Shown: positions 46,374 to 60,400 of the stretch, in pieces
How positions within the stretch are numbered: the first letter of the stretch is position 1
How the letters are laid out: each line of letters begins with the position of its first letter
Origin: a virus
Taxonomy: Duplodnaviria > Caudoviricetes
Virus record (IMG/VR): IMGVR_UViG_3300013121_000034
Span: 32,001-96,000 of that record
Reading direction: 5' to 3' (one strand)
Length of the DNA: 64,000 bases
Notes under the pieces: model-generated
Told to the model about the DNA's origin: nothing
Databases searched by the model: none
The model's input: only the letters and a program-made list of their open reading frames with translations
Made by a program: the position numbers and the translations under genes

Positions 46374-47440
46374 TAGGCAATCACCTTCTCAAGCAACAAC
46401 GCCTGATTCGTGCGAGTGACGCCAAGCTGCTTGAACGCAATGTCGAGCGCCAGTTTCGTGCGCGAACCATAAAGGCCGTCCGCCTTCAAATTCGGAGAGG
46501 GACGCAGATTGGAATTGAGCCATTCCTGCACGCGCTTAATTCCGCCGTTGTAAGCGGGACCAACGCTCGGATACTTGCGTCCATCGTTCACCACGGCGAC
46601 AGGAAGCGGCGCGAGTTTGTCGAACGCCGATTTCATTTTCACGTCGTAGGCGTTCTTTGCGTAGCCTGCGCCGTTGTAGCCGTAAGCGAAGCCTGCAAAA
46701 TCGAGGCGGCGCAATTCGTCGTCGAGGCGATTGGCGACCACGAACGAGACAAACGCATCCAGATGCTTGTCCTCGTTGGCGATCATCGCCATCACAAATT
46801 CTTCGACCGTCTTGAAACCGCACAGGGCATAATGATAGCCCATAATCTGATAGCGGCCCCACGATGCCGAACAAAGTGCCTGCTGCAAATCAAGCTGCAT
46901 GGCCTGAAACAGCATGGCATAAACGCCATCGCTGTTGCGCGGATAATTCGACTTGTTCCACGACGCAGAGGCAATCACCTTGGAAGGGTCGCCTTTGAAT
47001 TTCGTATTGAGATATTTGCCTTTCGTCCGCTTGTTGAAAACGTGCGGCTCGAACAAAATCTTCGGACGATCTTTTGCGTCGTATCCCGAACCGGCTGCCT
47101 CGACCTGATCGACGGCCTTGATAGCACGCGCATCTGTGAGGCCGAGACGAATTGCAGCGCCAATGAAATCCTCATTGGACAAAATGCGCTGCGCGTCGGG
47201 TGTATGCGAAATGAAATCTTCGAGTTCTTTGAAATTAGGCGCTGGAATAATCGGCGCATCCGAAACCGCGCTATATGCAGGCGTCAGTGTCGGATTAAAG
47301 AACTCGCCAGCCTTTTCAGCGGTCGGAATATCAATCGGAATTTCCGGCGCGACGACCTTGGCTTGAACCTCCGGCATGGAGGCTGCAATTGCTGATGCCG
47401 ATGCGAACGACAGCAGGAATTTGATAAGTTTCTCGAACAT
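46373..47440 (-). CDS. endolysin: N-acetylmuramidase (DUF3380/PF11860) plus C-terminal peptidoglycan-binding domain
   Basis: AV.QVEAAG.G, PKILFEPHVF, SASWGRYQIMG, FAYGYNG; VQEWLN...L.ADGLYG.RT. Confidence 0.9.
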   Translation of the reverse strand: MFEKLIKFLLSFASASAIAASMPEVQAKVVAPEIPIDIPTAEKAGEFFNPTLTPAYSAVSDAPIIPAPNFKELEDFISHTPDAQRILSNEDFIGAAIRLGLTDARAIKAVDQVEAAGSGYDAKDRPKILFEPHVFNKRTKGKYLNTKFKGDPSKVIASASWNKSNYPRNSDGVYAMLFQAMQLDLQQALCSASWGRYQIMGYHYALCGFKTVEEFVMAMIANEDKHLDAFVSFVVANRLDDELRRLDFAGFAYGYNGAGYAKNAYDVKMKSAFDKLAPLPVAVVNDGRKYPSVGPAYNGGIKRVQEWLNSNLRPSPNLKADGLYGSRTKLALDIAFKQLGVTRTNQALLLEKVIA

Positions 47441-47489
47441 GACGTTCGAATCCTTAAACGATGTGGCGGAGGGGAGGGGCAGGCACGTC

Positions 47490-48083
47490 TTACTTTTTCT
47501 TTTTGCCTTTCGGCGGTTCGCCGGGAAGCGGAAGCGGAACCGGACCTTCGCCAACAGCTTCGAGCGCGGCGTCGATCTTTGCACGGATCGCTTTCATCTG
47601 CTCAATATCAGCAGCCGTAAGTGTCGGTGTCGGCGTATTTGGATCAGCAATCGCCTTCACCGTTTCAATGCCTTCAACGACTTGCGTTGCGCCGACATTT
47701 GCAGCGATGGCCGCAGCCGCGACTGCCGCGCTTTTAATCGACTCGGTTTTTGTGTCGAGTGTTACGTTGAGTTTGGCGCGGCCCATATCGAATTTGGCAG
47801 CGATGCCCGATACGAGCAAAAGTTTGCCCCAAAATTCGATCCACTCAGGCTTCGGCACATTGAAATACGGCACGTTGATGCCGCCGATATATTCAATGCA
47901 CCACAGCAGCGCAAAGAACGCGCACAAGCCATAAACGTGGATCGCACTCAGGCCAAGCTTCACAATCACCATCTGGATGAAGGCGATGATATTGGCCGCG
48001 CCTGAAAGACTGACGCCCGCGAGGGGATTGTCGTCAACGGTTTTTGTCTTGGGGTCGTTCGACCCTACGTCCTGATTTGCCAT
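47490..48083 (-). CDS. putative holin or other membrane protein
   Basis: 2-3 hydrophobic segments, basic C-terminus, directly upstream of the endolysin. Confidence 0.5.
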   Translation of the reverse strand: MANQDVGSNDPKTKTVDDNPLAGVSLSGAANIIAFIQMVIVKLGLSAIHVYGLCAFFALLWCIEYIGGINVPYFNVPKPEWIEFWGKLLLVSGIAAKFDMGRAKLNVTLDTKTESIKSAAVAAAAIAANVGATQVVEGIETVKAIADPNTPTPTLTAADIEQMKAIRAKIDAALEAVGEGPVPLPLPGEPPKGKKKK

Positions 48084-48118
48084 AGCAACAATCCCCTTCT
48101 TTTAGGAAGCGGCGTCAA

Positions 48119-48358
48119 TTACGCCGCAGAGTAGCGGTTATGAACCGCCTGCAACGCGGGCTTATAGCCTGCGATATTGGTGCGGAAATTGATAAGGTCG
48201 GCGACCGCGCCCGTTGCAGGGCTACCATCGGTCGGCGACATTTCCGCAATGAGCGCGTCGAGCGCAGCATACGCATCGAGGAATTTGGTCGTCACAGGAA
48301 CGACCGCATCTTTTTCCATCGCCGCAAGCTGCGCCGCCAGTTCTGCACGAGTAGCCAT
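48119..48358 (-). CDS. hypothetical protein
   Basis: 79 aa; AAAGG RBS. Confidence 0.6.
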   Translation of the reverse strand: MATRAELAAQLAAMEKDAVVPVTTKFLDAYAALDALIAEMSPTDGSPATGAVADLINFRTNIAGYKPALQAVHNRYSAA

Positions 48359-48425
48359 GACATTAAGCCTTTCTTGGGTTTTCCCGTTGAGCGGGGGGAT
48401 ACTGAAAATTAGACCAGCGAGCCGA

Positions 48426-51400
48426 TTAAAAGACCTTCCTGATCGGAATTGAGAAATTCACAGTGCATCCATTCCAAGCCGTAACGGCCTGAATAAAGAG
48501 CGTTTGCGATGCGGATTTGCTGAATATGCGCTTCACGATGTTGGCGTCCGTAATATGGATCAAATCGTTAGCTGCGACCGCTTGCGCCACAACGACTTGC
48601 GTGCCGCCGTTCGTCGTGCCGATTTTGACGCCGCCTGTCACGGCGGCTGCCGTCGTGTTATCAACAAAGATGTTGCCATAAACGGCGAAACCAGCAGGCA
48701 CCGACACAGTTGTGTTTGCGTTGGCGGCTGTCGCCGTGAGCAAATAACTGTCGCCAGAAAGTTCGTCCGTGACGCCACGCTCAAAACGCGGCGCAGCGAA
48801 AATGGCATACTGCGCATTATTGAGCGTCGTCGACCAAACAACTTGGCAACGATAGCGCGCCCATACGGCATCGCTTGGTGCCGTGATGCGCGTGTCGAGG
48901 CTGGCCGTAGTATCTGCGCCCGCCGCGACATTGCGGTAATCGGAACCGATAGTAAAAGTATCCGAAGCCGTTGAGGCGGAAGTCGATTTATCCTGTTTGA
49001 GCCAACTGATGATGATGCGGATAAGACCAGTAAATCCGCTCTTAACGAATGCACGTGCAGCAACGCGAAGCGGCTTGCCCGGCTCAATCCACACATACGA
49101 ATCAGTTGCCGTTTGACTCGTTTCGCTATTGCCTTGCGATGTGGTGCCGTTGCCAGTGACGGTTTTTGCGCCGGACGGAACGTTAAGCGTCGTTGTGCAA
49201 TCGGTCGACGTGTCGAGCGTCCAGCCGGAACCGAACGTCCAGTAAGTCGAATCCGTATAAAGCGGATCAGCGATGTAGTTGTTGAAATCTTTAATGACAT
49301 GTTTGCTGGCCGTAATAGCGAGCGCGGCAATTTGTGTGGCCGTGATCGTGCCGTTTACAAGGTTCGATCCCGTAATGGTCGTCGCTGCGATTTTGCCGCC
49401 AGTAATTGTCGTGTTCGCGATTTCAGTGGCAGTGATCGTGCTGGCCGTAATATTGGCTGCTGTGATCGTCGTATTCGCGATCTTTCCACCCGTGATGGTG
49501 GAGTTTGCGATATTGCCTGCAACGATGGTCGTTGCCGCAATTTCGGTTGTTGTAATCGTCGCCGCTTGGATTTGCGTCGCCGTAATCGTGTTATTGACCA
49601 GCTTACCGCCGGTAATGGTTGTGTTCGCTATCTGCGTTGCGGTGATCGTCGAACTTACTATGTTGCCTGCGGCAATTGTCGTTGCAGCAATGTCCGATCC
49701 GGTAATTGTGCCGTTCGTTATTTCAGCCGACGTGATCGTTCCAGCGACAATGTTCGCCGGAATCGTCATTGAAATAACCTCGGCATCGCTTACACGTTCA
49801 AGAGCGCACCGATTGAAAATAATCGTCGCCGCGCCAGCCGTTGAACCGAACGTACTCCAATGCGCCATTGCATATAGCGTTACGCTACGAACGGTAGATG
49901 TTGTTACCTGAAAAGTTTTCGCAAATTGATAACGCCGACCGACGGTGCCTGCGCCGTGTACGGTGCCTGCAATATCAGCATCTGTAGCAAAGTTTATGGA
50001 CCAAGACTCTTGAACCGTACCCAAACCAGTCAGACGCCATTGTGTCAAAATACCAGCGGCGGTCAAAGAACCGGCACCCAACGTAATATCGCCAACGATT
50101 CTGTACCAGCCCGGATACATAGGAGCCGCTCCGGCGGTATCGGTCAGGTGTTGCAATATGCCGACGTTGGCTGCGGCTGCGGCTGCTGCGATTTGAGCGG
50201 CGTACTTTGAAACGCATCCGGTTACGCGCGTCGTATTAGCCGCGCCTGCTGACCAATCTGCCCATCCCGTCGGAATGCCGGATGCGACCAAATTGCCTTG
50301 AAAGTTTGCCTCTAGGTTATATGCGTTGTCGACGCCTTTATAATCGGCGCTTGTCAAAATCGATGTGCTGACCTCGGCGGACGTAATAGTGCCCGCTGCA
50401 ATATTAGCAGCGGTGATCGTGTTATTTGCAATCTTTCCGCCAGTGATGGTGCTATTTGCAATTTCCGTTGCAGTAATCGTAGCAGCGGCAATTTGCGTGG
50501 CAGTGACGGTGTTATTCACCATCTTTGCACCAGTGATCGTCGTATTGGCGATCTGCGTTGCAGTGATGGTGCTTGAAACGATGTTGCCTGCGGCAATTGT
50601 AGTTGCTGCTATATTTGATCCCGTGATAGTGCTGGCGGCGATTTGTGTCGTTGTGATCGTGCCAGAAACGATATTACCTGCTGCGATTGTAGTTGCTGCG
50701 ATATTCGATCCGGCTATCGTTGCCGCAGCAATTTGTGTCGTCGTTATGGTCGCGTTCACCAGCTTGCCGCCAGTGATCGTTGTGTTGGCAATGTTGCCCG
50801 CCACGATTGTCAAAGAAGCGATTTCGGTTGTCGTTATGGTAGCGGCGTTGATCTGCGTCGCGGTGACGGTGTTATTCACCATCTTTGCGCCGGTTATGGT
50901 GGTATTTGCTATCTGCGTCGCAGTGATCGTAGACGAGACGATGTTGCCTGCTGCGACGGTCGTATTAGCGATCTTTGCGCCGGTCACGTTGGCGTTCAAG
51001 ATTTTGATGGTCGTTATAGCGTCAGAGGCGATTTCTGTCGCAGTGATAGTACCGCCAACGATATTGGATGCCGTAATCGTCGAACCCGAAATTTTTGCGC
51101 CGGTAATGGTCGAGTTGATGATGTTACTAGCCGCAATAGTCGTACCAGCAATGTTTGATCCCGTGATCGTAGCCGACGCTATCGACCCTCCGGTTAGGGT
51201 ACCGGGGAAAATTCTGTCGTCGTAAATGGATGCTGGCGCTATTTTTGGACCAACGATAGAGTCGCTACGGATCAACGCCTCATCGAGCATGGGCCTAAAA
51301 GAAGGCTTAGTGTAAATGATATACTGCGCGTTATTTTGCGTGCTGGACCAGTCGATACGCAAACTGAAACGTCCGTAAACCGCAGTGGACGGTGCTTGGA

Positions 51401-54400
51401 TGATTACGAGAAAAGCGTTCGCCGTGCTGGCTCCAGCATAGGCTGTTGTTCGATAGTCGTTGAAACTTGGATCGAATATAGTCGTGGTACTTACTTGCGT
51501 GGATTTATCGGCTTTGTACCATATAACTTGAGCACCTGCCCGGCCAGTGAAACCGGATTTCAAAAAGTATTCAACGGCAACGCGGAAATAAGCACCGCCG
51601 TCTACAGGGAACCAGTTGCTAGAGGCCCCGATACTTGACGTATTTGCGGCTTGCGACGTTGTGCCGTTACCGACCGGCGTTTTCAAGCCGCGTACTGCGC
51701 CCATGCCTGCGGGTGGATCAACCGTGACCTCGGTACTTGTATCGGTCGCCCATCCTGAACCCAAACTCCAGTAATCAGGAACGTCTGAAAATTCAGGATC
51801 GAGAATGTAGTTGTTTCCACCTATCGCAACAATTCGCGATGCTGTAATAGCACCAACGGCAAGTTCTGTCGCGGTAATTGATCCTGCTGCAATGTTCGCA
51901 GCCGTGATAGTGCCCGCTGCAATTTGCGTGGCGGTAATCGTACCGGCTGCAATTTGGCTTGCAGTAATCGTGTTGGCAGCGATCTTTGCCGCTGTAATCG
52001 TAGTGGCGGCAATTTCGGTTGCGGTGATTGTCGATGCCGCAATTTGCGATGCAGTGATCGTGTTCGCCACGATCTTTGCGGCAGTGATCGTCGTTGCAGC
52101 GATCTGCGTAGCCGTTATGGTAGAGGCGGCAATGTTGCCAGCAACAATAGTCGTCGCAGCGATCTGAGTCGTCGTTATCGTTCCTGCGACGATATTTCCC
52201 GCCGCGATTGTCGTCGCAGCAATTTGCGTTCCGGTTATGGTGCCTGATACGATGTTGCCCGCAACAATGGTTGTTGCGGCAATTTGTGTCGTCGTTATTG
52301 TACCGGCAACAATGTTATTGGCAGCCACGGTTGTGGCTGCGATCTTTGTGCCGGTGATAGTTCCGTTAACAATCAATTCGGCGCTCGTTGCGCGATTTAT
52401 ACGCGGTTGACCCATCAACGCATATTGTGCGTTGTTGAGAGTTGTAGACCAAGCAACTTGCGTATAGTAACGCGCAAAATAGGCGTCACTCGGCGCAACG
52501 AATATAGCATCTATGTATTGAACGCCATCGCCGCCAGATTTAGCTACTGTACGATAATCCGTACCGTACTGCCAACTGAAAGCAGTTGAGGCTGCCGTAG
52601 TACCGTCAGATTTATACCAGTTTATAATTACACCGACGATTCCAGTGAAGCCGTTCTTTATAAGGATTTTGGAAGCGGCTCGGTATGATTTACCTGCTTC
52701 AACCGGAGAGTATTGACCGACTGCAATAACGGTCAAATTCGAAGTTGCCTGCGAGGTCGTACCGTTGCCGACAGGCGTTTTTACCGTCCGTACCAGTCCA
52801 AGCGTTGTCGTGGTTTCTGCTGTTGTGTCGTAGGTGCCTGATGTCAAAGTCCAGTATGTAGAATCTGCGAAATCAACGTCAGCCAAAAGATTGGAACTAT
52901 CGCTGAGAATAATTCGAGACGCGGAAATCGTATTGACTGCAATTTCGGTCGCTGTGATAGTGCCTGCTGCAATTTGAGAAGCTGTAATTGTATTAGCTGC
53001 AATTTGAGCCGCCGTTATTGTATTCGCTGCAATCTTTGCGGCGGTTATGGTGGTAGCAGCAATTTGCGTAGCAGTTATGGTAGACGCTGCAATGTTTCCT
53101 GCAACGATGGTTGTTGCGGCAATTTGTGTCGTCGTTATGGTGCCTGCAACAATGTTTGCGGCGGCAATTGTCGTTGCCGCGATTTGCGTTCCGGTGATTG
53201 TTCCGCTTACGATATTGCCAGCGGTTATGGTGGTCGCTGCAATTTGAGTAGCAGTAATCGTCGCACTTTGAATCTGAGTGGCCGTTATCGTTGCATTGAC
53301 GATGTTCGCGCCGGTTATGGTCGTATTCGCAATAAGACCGCCTGTTATTGTCGCGTTTGAAATTTGCGTTCCGGTGATCGTACCATTGACGATGTTCGAT
53401 GCCGTAATCGTAGTGCCAGCGATCTTTCCTCCGGTGATCGTGCTGTTAGCAATTTCCGTTGCAGTAATCGTGCCGCCGGTGATATTTGATGCAGTGATCG
53501 TGGCGTTTGCGATTTTGCCGCCCGTCACCGCGCCGTCTTCAAATGTGATCGTGTCGAGCAAACGGCGAACGCGGACGTCATCGAAATACACATCGGCTGT
53601 TGAGGCCGTCCAGTTGGCAACTGAAAAAGTAACATACTGAACGCCAGCCGGAACCGTGTAACTACCGCTGTAATACGTCCACGATGAAGGAATCGCACTA
53701 TTAACAGTTACAAGGTCCGTAAATGACGTGCGCAAATCAACGCCAGTCAGAGAATTTGATGTTTCGCCGACAAAGTTTGTTGACGGTTTAGACGTCAACT
53801 CGTGCATGCGGATATAAAGACCGTTCGTCGATGCGGCAGAGCCTTTAATCCAAATGCTCCACGCTAGAATCCATCCAGCTTTTACACCGAATGCTCGTGC
53901 TCCGTAAAACGTACCATGCGTCGAGTTGTCGGTGATCTTAAATGACGCAGCACCATTATTCTGCTGCGTTGTGTCACGCGTCAAAACGAGAGACGTTGTC
54001 GTCGCGCGTTGAACCGCACGCCATCCGGCAATATTCGCTTCGGCATCTGGATTGCGTATTAAGTTTGCGCCGTAATCGGCAATCGTCAATTGATCGACGG
54101 TGATGCTATCAGCCGCTATTTCGCTTGCCGTTATGGTGCCTGCTGCTATATTCGATGCGGTAATGGTGCCAGCGGCGATGCTAGCGCCGGTGATTGTGCC
54201 GCCAAGAATATTGGAGTCGGTTATGGTGCCGCCCGCAATGTTCGCACCCGTAATAGTCGCGTTCGCGATCTTTCCGCCCGTGATCGTGCTATTCGCAATT
54301 TCGCTGGCAGTTATCGTGCTACCTTGAATGTTGGAAGCGGTGATCGTGGTGCCAGCAATTTTGCCGCCGGTGATGGTCGAGTTCGCGATGTTCGATCCAG

Positions 54401-57400
54401 TAATCGTGGACGCAGCAATTTCCGCAGTCGTTATAGTCGCGCCCAAAATGTTGGACGCCGTAATCGTCGTGCCAGCGATCTTTCCGCCCGTGATCGTCGA
54501 GTTTGTTATTTGCGTTGCGGTTATTGTGCTATTGGCGATCTGTGAGGCGGTAATAGTTGTGTTCGCGATGTTGCTGGCCGTAATCGTGGTGCCAGCGATA
54601 TTGCCGCCGGTGATGGTGCTATTCGCGATCTGCGTTGTCGTTATGGTCGCGTTCGTTATATTGGAGGCTGTGATCGTAGTACCTGCGATCTTTCCGCCCG
54701 TAATCGTCGAATTGACGATATGCGAATTTGTGATCGTAGTGTTTGCCAACTCAGTGCCGGTGATCGTGCCTCCAACAATGTTGGAAGCAGTGATCGTAGT
54801 ATTCGCGATCTTTCCTCCGGTGATCGTCGAGTTTGCTATCTGCGTTGCAGTGATCGTTGAATTGACGATGTTACCCGCCGCGATTGTGGTATTCGCGATC
54901 TTTGAGCCGGTAATTGTTGACGCTGTTATGTTGGCGTCCAAAATGGTTGCCGATGCGATTTCAGCGTTGGTAATTGTGCCGCCGACAATGTTTGATGCTG
55001 TAATCGTCGTGTTCGCGATCTTACCGCCGGTTATGGTGCTGTTGGCGATGTTTGACGCGGTGATCGTCGTACCGGCAATATTACTGCCCGTGATCGTGCT
55101 GTTAGCAATTTGAGTTGTTGTGATGGTCGCCGAAACGATATTCGACGCAGCGATTGTTGTGCCCGCAATCTTTGCGCCGGTGATGGTCGACGCCAAAATT
55201 TTGGCGTTTGTAATAGCGTCATCATCAATCGTAATCGTGTCTAGGACGCGACGTACGCGCACGTCGTCGAAATAAAGATCAGCGGTTGATGCTGTCCAGT
55301 TTGCGACAGAGAACGTTACGTATTTGATTCCTGCCGGGACAGTGTATGTGCCGCTATAATAGGTCCACGATGACGGAATCGCGCTATTTCCAGTGATAAG
55401 ATCGGTTGTCGATGTATATGCGTTATCCACGTCAGTTAGCGCACTCTGACCCAAATACCGCGCAGTTGGTTTAGCATTCTTTTCGATCATGCGGATATAT
55501 AGGCCGTTCGCCGAAGCTGAACTGCCGTCAATCCAGATACTCCACGCCAATTTTTCGCCAGCTTTCACCGCAAAGGCACGTGCGCCATAGAAAGAACCGT
55601 TTGCTCCGTTGTCAGTTATTTTGAAGCTAGCCGCGCCGCTATTTTGGTTTGTGGTATCTCGTGACAGTACAAGAGCCGAACCCGAACGATGCGTTTCAGT
55701 CCAATCGGCTAGATCAACCTCTGCATCGGGGTTGCGTATTAAGTTCGAGCTGAAATTCACAAACGTCAGTTTGTCGACGGTTATACTATCGACGGCAATT
55801 TCGTTTGCCGTGATCGAGCCAGCCGAAATATTCGCAGCCGTTATGGTGCCCGCAGCTATTTCAGTTGCGGTGATTGTACCTGCTGCGATATTCGACGCGG
55901 TGATCGTGTTGGCTGCAATCTTTGCTCCGGTAATGGTCGAAGCAGCAATTTGTGTCGCTGTGATCGTGGACGACGCAATGTTGCCTGCAACGATTGTCGT
56001 TGCAGCAATTTGCGTTGTCGTTATCGTTCCAGATACGATGTTGCCCGCAGCAATCGTCGTTGCGGCGATCTTTGCACCAGTAATTGTGGACGCTGCAATT
56101 TCAGTCGCGGTTATAGTTGCTGCCGCAATCTCGGTAGCAGTTATTGTGTTAGCTTGAATTTGCGTCGCAGTGATTGTTGCGTTGACGATATTCGCGCCAG
56201 TAATCGTAGTATTGGCGATCTTTCCGCCGGTGATGGTGGAGTTTGTTATCTGTGTGGCGGTTATAGTGCTATTCGCAATTTGCGAAGCCGTTATGGTTGT
56301 ATTCGCAATGTTCGATGCTGTGATGGTCGTACCGGCTATATTGCCGCCAGTGATCGTTGAGTTCGCAATTTGCGTTGTTGTAATTGTTGCGTTGACAATA
56401 TTCGACGCGGTGATCGTCGTACCGGCGATCTTTCCGCCAGTGATTGTGCTGTTGGCAATTTCCGTCGCAGTAATTGTGCCGCCCGTGATGTTCGACGCGG
56501 TAATCGTCGCGCTGGCAATTTTACCGCCAGTGACAGCGCCGTCTTCAAAGGTGATCGTATCCAACTGACGGCGAACGCGAACGTCATCGAAATAAAGATC
56601 AGCCGTCGAGGCGGTCCAAATGCCGACACCGAAGGTGATATATTTAACGCTTGCGGGCACTGTATAGGTGCCGCTGTAATATGTCCACGAAGACGGGACG
56701 GCACCGTTTGCCGTTGTCAAATCCGTTGTAGACGTTGCGTTATCGACATTCGGTAGAGAGTTCAGCGTTGAACCAACAAACTTTGTCGTCGGTGCGCTCG
56801 TCAATTCGTACATGCGAATGTAAAGGCCGTTCGTCGACGCAGACGAACCTTTGACCCAAACGCTCCATGACAAAATCCAGCCCGCTTTAACAGCGATAGC
56901 ACGCGCACCATAAACCGTACCGTGCGTCGAGTTGTCTGCGATCTTAAACGATGCTTCACCACTGTTTTGCTGCGTTGTGTCGCGTGTCAAAACAAGCGAT
57001 GTGGTCGTCGCACGTGCAACCGCACGCCAACGTGCCAAATTATCCTCTGCATCGGGATTGGATATGAGATTGGAACCAAAGTTCACAATATTGAGTTGGT
57101 CGACCGTAATCGAGTCGGCGGCGATTTCGCTTGCCGTTATGGTGCCTGCTGCGATATTTGCCGCCGTAATGGTGCCTGCTGCGATGCTAGCACCTGTTAT
57201 CGTACCGCCCAAAATGTTTGAATCAGTAATCGTACTGCCTGCAATATTCGATCCAGTGATCGTTGCGCTGGCGATCTTTCCGCCCGTGATGGTGCTATTC
57301 AAGATTTCCGTCGCGGTGATTGTACCCGCAACGATATTCGATGCTGTAATCGTGGTCCCAGCGATCTTTCCGCCGGTGATGGTGGAGTTTGTTATTTGAG

Positions 57401-60400
57401 TCGCCGTGATTGTGCTATTGGCAATCTGCGATGCCGTTATGGTCGTATTCGCAATGTTCGACGCTGTAATCGTGGTCCCAGCGATATTTCCGCCGGTGAT
57501 CGTTGAGTTCGCAATTTGTGTCGTTGTTATTGTCGCATTCTGAATATTAGATGCAGTAATTGTCGTGCCTGCGATCTTTCCTCCAGTGATGGTGGAATTT
57601 GCAATCTCGGTTGCTGTGATCGTGCCACTCGTTATGTTTGCTGCTGTTATAGTGACGTTGGCAATTTTGCCGCCGGTGATAGCGCCATCTTCAAACGTAA
57701 GCGTATCCAATTGGCGACGAACACGAACGTCATCAAAATACAAATCTGCTGTCGAGGCTGTCCAATTGCCGACCGAGAACGTGATATAAAGAACGCCAGC
57801 CGGAACGGTGTAGTTGCCGCTATAATACGTCCAAGACGAAGGGATAGCACTGCTAGCAGTTACGAGGTCCGTTGTCGACGTTGCGTTATCAACATTCGTC
57901 AATGAATTTCCAGTTGAGCCGACAAAGCGCGTAGTAGGCGCGCTTGTCAATTCATGCATACGAATATAGAGGCCAGCAGCAGAAGCACTTGAGCCTTTAA
58001 TCCACACGCTCCATGCGAGTACCCATCCCGGCTTCACTGCGATAGCACGTGCGCCGTACATCGTTCCGTGCGTTGAATTGTCGGCGATCTTAAATGAGGC
58101 TGCGCCATTGTTTTGCTGTGACGTATCACGCGACAAAACAAGAGAGGTAGTTGTCGCACGCTGCACTGCGCGCCAACCCGCTATATTCGTTTCAGCGTCA
58201 GAGTTCGCAATGAGATTGGAACCAAAATTGACAAAGTTTAGTTGATCGACCGTAATAGAATCGGCTGCAATTTCGCTAGCCGTAATCGTACCAGCCGAAA
58301 TATTTGATGCGGTGATCGTTCCGGCTGCTATGCTAGCGCCCGTGATCGTACCGCCCAAAATATTCGAGTCGGTGATTGTGCCGCCAGCGATATTCGATCC
58401 AGTGATCGTTGCACTGGCGATCTTTCCGCCCGTGATCGTTGAATTGATGATATTTGAAGCTGCTATTGTTGCAGACGCAATTTCTGTACCTGTAATGGTT
58501 CCAGCGACGATATTAGAAGCGGTGATTGTCGTACCAGCGATCTTTCCGCCCGTAATCGTCGAGTTTGAAATTTGTGTAGCGGTTATGGTGCTGTTGGCAA
58601 TCTGCGACGCAGTAATCGTAGTGTTTGCAATGTTTGACGCGGTGATCGTCGTACCGGCGATGTTGCTGCCCGTTATGGTGCTGCTAGCGATTTGCGTTGT
58701 CGTTATTGTTGCGTTGACAATATTCGAAGCGGTGATCGTAGTGCCTGCGATCTTTGCGCCAGTGATCGTGCTGTTGGCGATCTGCGTTGCAGTAATGGTG
58801 CTATTCGTTATGTTGGACGCTGTAATGGTCGCAGAGGCGATTTTGCCTCCCGTCACTGCACCGTCTTCGAACGTGATCGTGTCGAGCAAACGGCGAACGC
58901 GAACGTCATCGAAATAAAGATCAGCGGTAGAAGCCGTCCAGTTGCCGACTGAGAACGTCACGTACTGCACGCCAGCAGGAACGGTGTAACTACCGCTGTA
59001 ATACGTCCATGAATTTGAAATCGCACTATCAGCCGTAACAAGGTCCGTCGTTGACGTTGCAGCATCGATATTCGTCAAAGAATTGAGTGTGGAACCCACA
59101 AAATTCGTAGCAGGTTTCGACGTCAATTCGTGCATGCGGATATAGAGGCCGTTCGTGGAAGCCGCCGAACCTTTTATCCAAACGCTCCAAGCGAGAATCC
59201 ATCCAGCTTTTACGCTAAATGCTCGCGCACCGTACATGGTGCCGTGCGTTGAGTTGTCCGCAATCTTAAACGATGCGGTGCCTGTATTTTGCTGCGTTGT
59301 GTCGCGCGACAAAACGAGAGAGGTCGTCGTTGCACGCGCGACGGCTCTCCATCCGGCGATATTCGCTTCCGCGTCCGGGTTACGAATCAAGTTCGACCCA
59401 TAATCGGCTAGCGTCAATTGATCGACGGTGATAGAGTCGGCTGCAATTTCGCTCGCTGTGATCGTGCCCGCCGCGATATTAGACGCCGTGATCGTATTTG
59501 CTGCAATGCTTGCGCCTGTAATCGTGCCGCCCAAAATGTTCGAATCAGTTATGGTGCCGCCTGCAATATTTGCGCCGGTTATTGTTGCGTTGGCGATCTT
59601 TCCGCCGGTGATCGTGCTATTAGCGATTTGCGTAGCAGTGATGGTGCTCGAAACGATATTCGAGGCGCTAATCGTGGTGCCAGCAATGTTGCCGCCGGTA
59701 ATCGTGCTGTTAGCGATTTGTGTCGTTGTGATCGTCGCGTTGACTATATTGGACGCCGTGATCGTGGTGCCCGCGATCTTTCCGCCCGTGATCGTTGAGT
59801 TCGCAATTTCAGTCGCCGTAATGGTGCCGCCGAAAATATTCGAGGCTGTAATGGTGGTGCCCGCAATTTTGCTGCCTGTTATGGTACTGTTAGCAATTTC
59901 GCTAGCAGTGATCGTTGCAGCGGCGATGTTTGAAGCAGTGATTGTCGTACCGGCAATCTTTCCGCCTGTGATCGTGCTGTTGGCAATTTCACTAGCAGTG
60001 ATCGTTGCTGCAACGATATTCGAAGCGGTGATCGTCGTATTTGCGATCTTTCCTCCGGTGATCGTCGAGTTCAAAATCTGCGTTGCGGTAATTGTGCTAT
60101 TGGCGATGTTCGATGCGGTGATCGTTGTGCCAGCAATTTTCAAACCCGTAACGCTACCGTCCTCAAAAACGATAGTGTCTAGCTGGCGACGCACTCGAAC
60201 GTCGTCGAAATAAAGATCAGCAGTTGACGCGGTCCAATTACCGACAGAGAAGGTGACGTAAATGACGCCAGCGGGCACGGTGTACGTGCCGCTGTAATAC
60301 GTCCACGTATTTGGAATAGCACTATCCGCTGTTACCAAATCTGTCGTTGAGGTAGCGGCATCAATTCCAGTCAACGAATTAAGGGTCGAACCGACAAACT

